Sequence record: KJ019142.1
Direction: 5' to 3' (one strand)
Length of the DNA: 64,000 nt
Shown here: positions 55,227 through 64,000 of the stretch, one piece after another
How the letters are laid out: each line of letters opens with the position of its first letter
How positions within the stretch are numbered: the first letter of the stretch is position 1
Translations under genes and position numbers: made by a program
The notes under the pieces: model-generated
What the model was told of the DNA's origin: nothing
Database searches by the model: none
Seen by the model: the letters and a program-made list of their open reading frames with translations, nothing else

Positions 55227-55240
55227 TAGTGTTATAATAA

Positions 55241-55270
55241 CCCCATAGGTCCATTCCCATGGGGTTTTTT
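55241..55270 (+). terminator. intrinsic terminator
   Basis: CCCCAT/ATGGGG stem plus T6. Confidence 0.75.
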
Positions 55271-55304
55271 GTTATGAATACATAAAACTAAATGGACTTA
55301 CTCC

Positions 55305-55679
55305 ATGAATACATATGGTTCTCCCGAAGGTTATCTCTTTAACCTTCATACCTGCTCAGCATCAGAAGCGAAGCGAATGTGGAAAGAATCTATAAAGAAT
55401 GATTGGAAACATAAATGTGCTTATTGTGGATCAGAACATGAAATTACTTTAGATCATATAGTACCCAAAGCAAAAGGGGGCACTAGTCACACAACCAATA
55501 TCGTAGCCTGCTGTCGTTCTTGTAACGCCAGTAAGGCATATGAGGATTGGATTATCTGGTATATTCAACAGCCATTCTTCACTGAAGAGAGGAGGGAGGC
55601 TATTGAAAAGTGGATGGAGAAGGGTCTCCTCAACAATAACTTAGTTGCATATCCACCCAGAAGAAATGTCGTTTATTGA
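55305..55679 (+). CDS. HNH endonuclease
   Basis: CAYCG...TLDHIVPKAKGG...NIVACCRSCNASK. Confidence 0.92.
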   Translation: MNTYGSPEGYLFNLHTCSASEAKRMWKESIKNDWKHKCAYCGSEHEITLDHIVPKAKGGTSHTTNIVACCRSCNASKAYEDWIIWYIQQPFFTEERREAIEKWMEKGLLNNNLVAYPPRRNVVY

Positions 55680-55685
55680 GTCTTT

Positions 55686-55814
55686 ATGGATTCCTATCAC
55701 CCGTCTAGGGCAGATCAAGAACTAGAACTAGAACAGCAAGAACTAAAAACAATCATAGGAGGATCTATATTATCCTTCTTCACTGTACTTATACCTTTTA
55801 TTATACTTCTCTAA
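55686..55814 (+). CDS. small membrane peptide (42 aa)
   Basis: C-terminal hydrophobic stretch; read by eye. Confidence 0.4.
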   Translation: MDSYHPSRADQELELEQQELKTIIGGSILSFFTVLIPFIILL

Positions 55815-55895
55815 AACCTTTCAGTTCAGGCGATATAAATAAACCTAAGAAGAGTATATGCGTTCTTCGTCGGATAGCCTGAATCGACAAAAGAG

Positions 55896-58800
55896 ATGAT
55901 CTCAACAGCGACTAAGATTAAATTTAAAAGGTCTGGTGTAGCCGGACGTAGACCCTCCTTAGCTGATCTTCAGTTAGGTGAATTGGGGATCAATTATAAC
56001 GATGGTAAACTATTTTTCCGACAGGAAAATGAAGTAGTTGGCTCTCGTATCATTGAACCTGGACAGGGTGATGTAATCGGTAAGACTATTTTCGTATCCA
56101 CAAAGGGTAACGATAACAATAGTGGTCTTAACGAAAGGGATGCCAAGAGAACTGTTAAAGCGGCCGCCGCAGTAGCAGAACCTGGTGACTCCATCAAACT
56201 GTATCCAGGTCAGTACATCGAAGATAACCCTATCGTATTTAAGGATAGGGTATCTGTAGAGGGTATGGAGCTTCGTAACGTTCTCGTTACTCCAGCCAAC
56301 CCCAGTAAAGACTTGTATCAAGTTGGTGAGGCGTTCCACGCTACCAACCATTCCTTTGTGTCCAATAGGGATTCAACAGATGGTGCCTCTATTATCACCT
56401 ATCGTCCTCTAGAGGGAACTGCGTCTGACAGGTATTTTGACGCGGCTAGACTCATCAGGGACAATCTTAGCTTCATTGCTAACGAGACAGTAGGTTTCCT
56501 AACCAGTGGATATTCAGGCTTTGCCGCTGGTCAGAGATCACAGGACGCTGCTCGTGCTCTAGAACTAAACAAGAACTTCATAGTAGAAGAAGCATTTCAA
56601 TATATCAACTCTCCTGATTATACAGGAGCCACATACTTCAACCCAGACCCAGCACAGTGTAAGAGAGACCTAGGAAATATCATTGATGGTTGGAGATATG
56701 ATCTCATCTCTGATGGTAACACCAGATCTACTGGTCTTGGTCTAACCTACTACGCACCTATTCCCTTTGTGAATAGTGCTAATGTTGCTGACCTTGTATA
56801 CAACAGAAATAACGGTGATGTTCTAATTGAAACCGACGTAGATACACAGGTTTCAGTTGGTGAGAAGATCAAACTACAGGATATCAGACTAGAGTGTGGT
56901 TCCTACAATAACGACTTCTTTATCACTGGTTTCAAGTATGATAACACCAGTGGTATTGGAACAGTTAATCTACCCTTTATCCATAACGTCAAGGTTGGAG
57001 ACCTTGTTAAGTTTGATGGTTTAGAGTTTGATTGTCCTGCCTATGGTGCCATTGAATATGGTATCCAAGACTTCAAGTATAATGAAACTACTGGTGGAAG
57101 TGTTGTCACACTCACCGAAGATCATGATCTAAAGATTGGTGACACCATTGAACTAAGAGACCTTCAGTTCGATTGTCCCGCCTATGGTGGTGACTTCACT
57201 AACATCATCAACCTAGAATACAATAAGACCAGTGGTCAGGGTGTTATCACATATGACAAACCCGCCGATCTCAAGTCTGGTGACGTTGTTATCCTCTATG
57301 ACCTCACACTAACTTGTGATGCTTATGGTAACGCTATCTCAGTTACTGATTTCTCTTATGATAACTTCACTGGTATCACTGAAGTAGAAGTAAATAGACC
57401 CCACAACCTCCGTCCCGGAGACCTAATCAAACTAGAGAACCTTAAGTTCTCTTGTGATTCCTACCTTAATGAAACATACAAGGTCTCTAACTTTGTATAT
57501 AATGAGAGCACTGGTGATAGTGTCCTCACCCTAACTGAACCACATAGTTTAGTTGCTGGTAAGAACGTCAGACTTGCTGACCTAGTTTTCTCCTGTAACT
57601 CCTATGTTCCAACCGCTAAAGCAATCTCTGATTTCCAGTATGATGAAGTAGTTGGTATCTCTACTATTACTCTAGCATCTCCACACAACTTATCAGTTGG
57701 TGAGCAGTTCAGACTAGAGGATTTAGTATTCTCCTGTAACTCATATTCCTTCACTGATATTCCTATCATTGATGCACCATATGATAATGTAACTGGTTAT
57801 GTAACCCTATCGTTCTCTGGTGACCACGGACAACAGGTTGGTGAGAGAGTAAGACTCAGAGATATTGAGTACTCCTGCCCTGGTGGTTCAGGTATCACTA
57901 CAACCTTGTTCCCTGATGGGACCTTTGGTTATGAGTTTGAAATCCTAAGTGTTCCAAACACTAAGAAGATGATTCTTAATGTTGGCACCTCCACTATTGA
58001 ACACTCCTATGTGAGTGGTGGTACTGCTACCGTTGGTATTACAACTACTATCTTCCCTGATGGAACACAAGGTTTCGACTTCAATGTATCCAGTGTTAAT
58101 AGTTCCACTGTTATCGAAGCAAGTGTTGGTATTTCTACCATCGCTCACAACTATGTTTCTGGTGGATCATTATTCGTTGGTTTCACTACCACAGTATTCC
58201 CCGATGGAACACAAGGTGATACCTTCAGAGTTAATTCTATCCCTTCTAGCACTCAAATCAGTGTTAATGTTGGTGTATCTTCTATCGCCCATACTTTCGT
58301 ATCCGGTGGTACAGCAACTGACCTAGACTCTTTCATCCCTGTATCTGGTTTCACCTACAATGAAGGTGACGGAACTGGACTAGTATCCCTAGACAAGGCA
58401 CACAACCTAGTGGTTGGTGACTCTTTTGTTCTAGAGGATCTTAAGTTCAACTGTAACTCCTACAGAACAGGTGGTACTTCTACTATTGATATCACTAACT
58501 TTGAGTATGATAAGGTAACCGGACTATCTACAGTCACACTATCTTCTTCACACAACCTACATGTTAATGATACCGTAGCACTATATGATATCAAGTTCTC
58601 TTGTCCTGGTGGTTCAGGTATTACAACTAATATCTTCCCCGATGGAACCAGAGACAACTTCTATGATGTAGTTGCTGACCTAAACCCCAACCAGATTATT
58701 GTTCGGGTTGGTAAGTCTGACATTACTCACACATACGCTAGTGGTGGTAGTCTATCCGTTGGTATCACTACTAACATCTTCCCTGATGGAACTAGACCTT

Positions 58801-61800
58801 CTGGTGACTTCTTCCAGGTTATCTCTGTTCCTTCTACCAAGTCTGTTCTAACTCAGGTTGGTCTATCCTCTATCGCTCACTCATACGCAAGTGGTGGTAA
58901 GTTCTACACTGGTATCACTACTAATGTATTCCCACAGGTATTCACTGACCCCAACATCAAGGTAACCAACGCTGTATATGACGAAGTATCTGGTGTTATC
59001 ACCATTACTACTAACAAGGCACACGGACTTACCGCTACCGCACCTGTTCTACTACAGGACCTAAACTTCTCTTGCCTCTCTGGTGGTGTAGGAAACACCC
59101 CAGGCAACCTTGTATTCCCCAGGAACCAGGAAGTTTATGATGTTGTGTCCGTTCTATCTACTACACAATATACGATCAATGTAGGTCCTTCTGACTTCGC
59201 TCACGCATATGTTGATGGTGGTACTTCTACCACACAGAACATCACTAAGGCATCCTACAACAAAGGAACTGGTGATCTAACAGTAACCCTAGACAAGCAA
59301 CACGGTTATTCAGTTGGTGATCGTGCTAGTGTGGTTGATCTCCTCTTCTCCTGTCAGTCTGGTGGTCCTAACAACCAACCTGGAACACTTCTATTCCCCA
59401 GACCTACTGATGAGTATGAAGTTCTATCTGCAAGTGGTAAGACACTCACAGTTAATGTTGGAGCGTTCCCATCACTAGTTCATACCTATAAGAATGGTGG
59501 ATCACTAACCTATAGTTCTACTGTACTTCCTGTAAGTAACGCAGTTTATGATCAATCAACTGGAGTTCTAACACTTACCACATCAATTGCACTAGGGGCA
59601 CCTGTTGGTTCTACCATTAAGATGCAGGGTCTAAACTTCTCCTGTGCCTCTGGTGGTCCTGGTAATGACGCTGGTGCTATTGTATTTCCAAGACTAGACA
59701 CTCCTACCTTCAAGGTGAAGGAAGTCAAGAGTGGTGTATCCTATGTTATCAATGTAGGAACCTCTACACTCTCACACACATATACATCTGGTGGTTTCTC
59801 CTCACTCAAGAAGTTGAAGAACGACCCCAATATTTTCAAAGTTATCGACACCCCAACACCTAGTAAGGTTATTACTAATGTCGGTGTATCCTCTATCGCT
59901 CATGACTATGTGAGTGGTGGTAATATGTTCGTGGGTATCACCACTAATGTATTCCCTGATGGAACTCGCCCTGATGGAAGTAGGTTCGAAGTTATCTCCG
60001 CCCTATCACCCAACCAGGCACTCATCAACATCGGTGTTTCTACTATCACCCACAACTACGATAGTGGTGGTAGGATGCAGTATGGTACTACCAATGAGAG
60101 ACCTGTTCTAGACTTCCTATACGATGGTCAGACTGGTATCTCCACTGTAACTATTAGAGGAACTCATGGTTTGAACCAGGGTGACCTAGTGAAACTCAGA
60201 GGTCTTGAGTTCGCTTGTACTAACTCACCTGGTATTACAACTACTATCTTCCCAGATGGAACTGCCGCTGGTCTCAATATCTACAAGGTTACTGAGATTA
60301 TTAGTAACAGTACCTTCAAGACAAATGTAGGTAGAGTTGGATTCGATCATACTTACATCCAAGGTGGTTCCGCTTTCGTTGGTATCACTACTAACATCTT
60401 CCCAGATGGAACACAAGGTTACAACTATACAGTTGCCGCCATTCCTAATAAGAATCAGGTAACAGTTGATGTGGGTATCTCCAGTATCCAACATGATTAT
60501 ATTCGTGGTGGATCACTATTCTCTGGTAAGACTAACGAGAGAGATATCGCAGACTTCAAGTATGATCACATCTCTGGTGATGCGGTTCTTACCTTCAGAA
60601 AGGCACAGAACTTATTCACACAAGATCTAGTAAAACTTAAGAACCTTCAGTTTGATTGTCCAAACTCTACTGGTATCACTACTACTCTCTTCCCAGACGG
60701 AACCAGAAGTAACCTCTTCCTAATCAAGGAGAGACTAAACCCAACACAGTTCAAACTCAATGTTGGCACTTCACCATTCGGTCATGACTATGTGAGAGGA
60801 ACAGGTCAGGCATTCGTTGGTATCACTACTAACATCTTCCCTGATACCAAGACACAACCAAGTAAGTTATTCAAGGTTGTTGATGTCCCAACTCCTACTA
60901 CTATCTCCGCCAAGATTGGTGTATCCACTATCTCCCACTCATATGTTAAGGGTGGTAAGGTATTCGTTGGTATTAACACTGATATCTTCCCTGGAGATGA
61001 GCAAGTATCACCACTAGGTGACACATATACAGTTCAGAGTATCACCAAAGATGGTGAGTTGGTTATCAATGTTGGACTATCTTCTATCAGTCACTCTTAT
61101 GGTGGCGGTGGTAAGGTTCTATATGGACAGAGTTCTGGTAACAACCTACAACATATCACTGGTCCTGGTGTCCTAGATGCAACCATCGCCGCTGTGGACT
61201 TCGAGAAACAGGTAGCAATCAACGCACTAAACAACAGACCTTGGGGTTCATTCGTTCCTGAAGAGACTGCTGTTGTGGAGGCGTTCGCCTATGATAACCA
61301 GACTGGTTTCGGAACAGTAACTGCTAGAGGAATCAACGTCAACACTGGTGACACCATCAGAATGAGTGACATTCAGTTTGTTTGTTCTGAGGAGTACGCC
61401 GGTGTAACCACTACCTTCTTCCCTGATAATACTAGACCAGAGGGTCAGTACTTTAGAGTAGAAAGAAGAATCAACATCGATGAGTTTGAAGTTAATATTG
61501 GTGTTTCTACTATCAAACACGTATTCAACTACGAAACAGGTGGTAACGTATATCGTTACAGACAGTCTATTCTAGATGTTAACTACGATAGATCCAGTGG
61601 TATCACTAGTATCCGAGCAACCAAGCATGGTTACAAGGCGAAAGATATCGTGGAACTAGGTGATATCGAGTTCGATTGCCCCGTATTCAAACCTCAATAT
61701 GATATTGAGAACTTTGTTTATGATAACACAACTGGTCTATCCACAGTTACTACTACTGTAGATAACACCATCAAGGTAGGTGACAATGTAAAACTAGCAG

Positions 61801-64000
61801 ACATCAAACTAGAGTGTCCTCCATATGGTAACCAGAGAGTTATTGATAACTTTGTTTATGATAATAAGAGTGGTCTTTCCACCATATCACTAACAGCAGC
61901 ACACGGACTCAACCTAAGACCTAGACCTTCTGTTTCTATCTCTACCGCCCTCTATGATAACCAGACTGGTATCCTAACCGTTACCACCAATGCTGACATC
62001 AACTTCACCGATAGAAGTGGTCAGGGTGTTCAACTCAGTGGTCTAAGGTTCTCCTGTGACTCCGCTGGTTTCCCTGGAACTCTCACCTACCCTGAAGAGA
62101 ATCTAGTTTATGATATCCTAGAGATTCAGTCTCCTAGTAAGTTTAAGATTAATGTTGGTCTCTCCACTATCGCTCACGAGTATGTGAATGGTGGTGCCGC
62201 TACTAAGGTTGATAGATTCGATGTGAAACTACAGGGTATCAAGTTTGATTGTCCCGCCTATGGAAACACAATCGATGTTACTAACTTCCTATACGATCAG
62301 AGAAGTGGTAACTCACTAGTTACCGTAGATAAGGCACACAAACTATCTGTTGGTGATAACATCAAACTAGCGGATCTCAAGTTCCAATGTGCTCCATATG
62401 GTAACGATTACAATGTTCTAAACGCAGATTACGACAACACAACTGGTATTATTACAGTAACCACTAACCAAAACATCAACGGTGTTGGTGTTGGTGATAC
62501 TATTCGCCTCTCCAGACTACAGTTTGATTGTGTAGGTAGTGGTCCTGAGTATAATATCACTAACGTATTCTTCAATACTGGTAACAGATCAGTTATTCTC
62601 ACAGTTCCCGAAAGACCAATTGGTCTAAACCCAGGTGATGACATTAAACTAACCAATATGTCATACCTAGAAGGTGGTAGTGGTAATGTAGTTGCGTATC
62701 CAGATGGAAGAGATTCAAGTCTAAACATCTTCCGTATCAATGATGTTCAACCTAACTCCATTCTCCCTGGATACTTCGATGTAACCACAGCGTTCCCCAA
62801 TGTTAAGGATCCTTTCGCGATCTTCAACAATACTGGTAGACTAACCACTGGTATTACTACTAACATCTACCCTGAGAATGTAGGTGCTGAAGGTGGTTTC
62901 TATGAAGTTATCCGCCTAAGACAAGATAACCAGTTTGAGATTCAGGTAGGAACCTCTACTATCACTCACAACTATGTGAGACAAGGACAGATGTTTACTG
63001 GTGTAACCACCAACTTCTTCCCTGGTAACCTACAGAACTCACCTAGAGGAAACATCTTTGAGATTGTGGAAGTTCCCACAGCAACACAGGTGAGAATCAA
63101 TGTAGGTGTATCTTCTATCTCTCATAGTTATGATAGTGGTGGTCAGATGTTTGTTGGTATTACTACTAACATCTTCCCTGATGGAACCAGAGGTAACCTA
63201 TTCCCAGTTGTTGGAGTGGCAAATACTCTCACCCTAAGAATCGACGCGGGTGTATCCAGTATCCCCCACAACTATGTTTCTGGTGGAGAACTATTCGTAG
63301 GTATTACAACTAATATCTTCCCTGGTAACTCACAGAACTCACCAAGAGGTAGTATCTTCAAGGTTCTATCTAAGGATAACGAGTGTGGTGCTGATAGATT
63401 CACTATCAATGTTGGTGTATCTTCCATCACTCACGGTTATGTTGAGGGTGGAACAGTAACCACTGGTGTTACAACTAACAAGTTCCCTGATGGAACACAC
63501 GGATTCAAGTTCCCTGTTATCGATGTTCTAGATGACAACTACTTCACCGTGAATGTTGGTACTTCTACTATCACTCACAACTATATCTCTGGTGGTTTCA
63601 CTAGAAGACTTGAAGTTCCTATCAATAGTTTCGTATATGATAGAGTTTCTGGTCTATCCACAGTGGGTATCCAAAGTCACAGAATGAATATCGGTGACCT
63701 TGTGAAACTTCGTGATGTGAAGTTCAACTGTGATCCATATGGTGGAGAAAAGACTATCTCTGGTGTTGTTTATGATAATACCTCTGGTAGAATGACCGTT
63801 AACACCACTGGTTCTCATAGTCTAAACATCAATGATGTTGTGAAACTCTCCAATATTCAGTTGGATTGTTCCCCATATGGTAACGAGAGAACTATTACCG
63901 CCGCCACCTACAACAGAAACAATGGAAACCTAAGTGTTCAGGTATCTGAACCTCACAACCTCAAGATTAGTGAGAATGTGAAACTTAAAGGTTTGGAGTT
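55896..64000 (+). CDS. giant repeat-containing virion structural / fibre-like protein, 3' partial (at least 2700 codons)
   Basis: late promoter 55834, ATG 55896; frame spot-checked at start, 58020 and the window end; absent from the ORF track, consistent with no stop in the window; many GITTNIFPDGT and F.YDN.TG repeats. Confidence 0.88.
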   Translation, partial: MISTATKIKFKRSGVAGRRPSLADLQLGELGINYNDGKLFFRQENEVVGSRIIEPGQGDVIGKTIFVSTKGNDNNSGLNERDAKRTVKAAAAVAEPGDSIKLYPGQYIEDNPIVFKDRVSVEGMELRNVLVTPANPSKDLYQVGEAFHATNHSFVSNRDSTDGASIITYRPLEGTASDRYFDAARLIRDNLSFIANETVGFLTSGYSGFAAGQRSQDAARALELNKNFIVEEAFQYINSPDYTGATYFNPDPAQCKRDLGNIIDGWRYDLISDGNTRSTGLGLTYYAPIPFVNSANVADLVYNRNNGDVLIETDVDTQVSVGEKIKLQDIRLECGSYNNDFFITGFKYDNTSGIGTVNLPFIHNVKVGDLVKFDGLEFDCPAYGAIEYGIQDFKYNETTGGSVVTLTEDHDLKIGDTIELRDLQFDCPAYGGDFTNIINLEYNKTSGQGVITYDKPADLKSGDVVILYDLTLTCDAYGNAISVTDFSYDNFTGITEVEVNRPHNLRPGDLIKLENLKFSCDSYLNETYKVSNFVYNESTGDSVLTLTEPHSLVAGKNVRLADLVFSCNSYVPTAKAISDFQYDEVVGISTITLASPHNLSVGEQFRLEDLVFSCNSYSFTDIPIIDAPYDNVTGYVTLSFSGDHGQQVGERVRLRDIEYSCPGGSGITTTLFPDGTFGYEFEILSVPNTKKMILNVGTSTIEHSYVSGGTATVGITTTIFPDGTQGFDFNVSSVNSSTVIEASVGISTIAHNYVSGGSLFVGFTTTVFPDGTQGDTFRVNSIPSSTQISVNVGVSSIAHTFVSGGTATDLDSFIPVSGFTYNEGDGTGLVSLDKAHNLVVGDSFVLEDLKFNCNSYRTGGTSTIDITNFEYDKVTGLSTVTLSSSHNLHVNDTVALYDIKFSCPGGSGITTNIFPDGTRDNFYDVVADLNPNQIIVRVGKSDITHTYASGGSLSVGITTNIFPDGTRPSGDFFQVISVPSTKSVLTQVGLSSIAHSYASGGKFYTGITTNVFPQVFTDPNIKVTNAVYDEVSGVITITTNKAHGLTATAPVLLQDLNFSCLSGGVGNTPGNLVFPRNQEVYDVVSVLSTTQYTINVGPSDFAHAYVDGGTSTTQNITKASYNKGTGDLTVTLDKQHGYSVGDRASVVDLLFSCQSGGPNNQPGTLLFPRPTDEYEVLSASGKTLTVNVGAFPSLVHTYKNGGSLTYSSTVLPVSNAVYDQSTGVLTLTTSIALGAPVGSTIKMQGLNFSCASGGPGNDAGAIVFPRLDTPTFKVKEVKSGVSYVINVGTSTLSHTYTSGGFSSLKKLKNDPNIFKVIDTPTPSKVITNVGVSSIAHDYVSGGNMFVGITTNVFPDGTRPDGSRFEVISALSPNQALINIGVSTITHNYDSGGRMQYGTTNERPVLDFLYDGQTGISTVTIRGTHGLNQGDLVKLRGLEFACTNSPGITTTIFPDGTAAGLNIYKVTEIISNSTFKTNVGRVGFDHTYIQGGSAFVGITTNIFPDGTQGYNYTVAAIPNKNQVTVDVGISSIQHDYIRGGSLFSGKTNERDIADFKYDHISGDAVLTFRKAQNLFTQDLVKLKNLQFDCPNSTGITTTLFPDGTRSNLFLIKERLNPTQFKLNVGTSPFGHDYVRGTGQAFVGITTNIFPDTKTQPSKLFKVVDVPTPTTISAKIGVSTISHSYVKGGKVFVGINTDIFPGDEQVSPLGDTYTVQSITKDGELVINVGLSSISHSYGGGGKVLYGQSSGNNLQHITGPGVLDATIAAVDFEKQVAINALNNRPWGSFVPEETAVVEAFAYDNQTGFGTVTARGINVNTGDTIRMSDIQFVCSEEYAGVTTTFFPDNTRPEGQYFRVERRINIDEFEVNIGVSTIKHVFNYETGGNVYRYRQSILDVNYDRSSGITSIRATKHGYKAKDIVELGDIEFDCPVFKPQYDIENFVYDNTTGLSTVTTTVDNTIKVGDNVKLADIKLECPPYGNQRVIDNFVYDNKSGLSTISLTAAHGLNLRPRPSVSISTALYDNQTGILTVTTNADINFTDRSGQGVQLSGLRFSCDSAGFPGTLTYPEENLVYDILEIQSPSKFKINVGLSTIAHEYVNGGAATKVDRFDVKLQGIKFDCPAYGNTIDVTNFLYDQRSGNSLVTVDKAHKLSVGDNIKLADLKFQCAPYGNDYNVLNADYDNTTGIITVTTNQNINGVGVGDTIRLSRLQFDCVGSGPEYNITNVFFNTGNRSVILTVPERPIGLNPGDDIKLTNMSYLEGGSGNVVAYPDGRDSSLNIFRINDVQPNSILPGYFDVTTAFPNVKDPFAIFNNTGRLTTGITTNIYPENVGAEGGFYEVIRLRQDNQFEIQVGTSTITHNYVRQGQMFTGVTTNFFPGNLQNSPRGNIFEIVEVPTATQVRINVGVSSISHSYDSGGQMFVGITTNIFPDGTRGNLFPVVGVANTLTLRIDAGVSSIPHNYVSGGELFVGITTNIFPGNSQNSPRGSIFKVLSKDNECGADRFTINVGVSSITHGYVEGGTVTTGVTTNKFPDGTHGFKFPVIDVLDDNYFTVNVGTSTITHNYISGGFTRRLEVPINSFVYDRVSGLSTVGIQSHRMNIGDLVKLRDVKFNCDPYGGEKTISGVVYDNTSGRMTVNTTGSHSLNINDVVKLSNIQLDCSPYGNERTITAATYNRNNGNLSVQVSEPHNLKISENVKLKGLE

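Noticed and set aside
55896-64000. CRISPR array or diversity-generating retroelement TR/VR pair
   Set aside because: Repeats are protein-level and synonymously diverged; no reverse transcriptase gene in the window
1-64000. Stop-codon reassignment
   Set aside because: Known genes are full length under the standard code and end at TAA, TAG or TGA

Overview
This window is a 64 kb segment of a T4-like marine cyanophage (cyanomyovirus; host probably Synechococcus-type), and nearly all genes are on the + strand. The T4-like core comprises the gp41 helicase, gp61 primase, NrdA/NrdB, a GIY-YIG EndoII-like nuclease and TATAAATA late promoters. Auxiliary metabolic genes are psbA, psbD, two hli, petF, talC, a cpcT/cpeT-like lyase, mazG, peptide deformylase and five 2OG-Fe(II) oxygenase genes. 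tRNA-Arg(TCT) and tRNA-Asn(GTT) are flanked by structured non-coding elements. Six accessory features stand out. (1) A 10 kb glycan island encodes an apparently complete GDP-colitose route (Gmd, His-type ColD, Fcl/ColC), GT11 plus GT6 (the H/ABO-type enzyme pair), two sulfotransferases and further glycosyltransferases. (2) psbD appears decapitated by a 1.3 kb HNH homing-endonuclease cassette that leaves the old 12-codon 5' stub behind and supplies a new promoter and N-terminus. (3) There is a type IV pilin plus a pilin-like partner. (4) A cluster runs nuclease-like / Dam / 980-aa HNH-like / Dam / sigma70-like. (5) A Gly-Ser repeat gene is split by a frameshift in a 9-bp tandem repeat. (6) A repeat-built virion protein gene of at least 2700 codons runs off the window end and is missed by the ORF track. 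All calls come from reading motifs by eye; no database searches were run.
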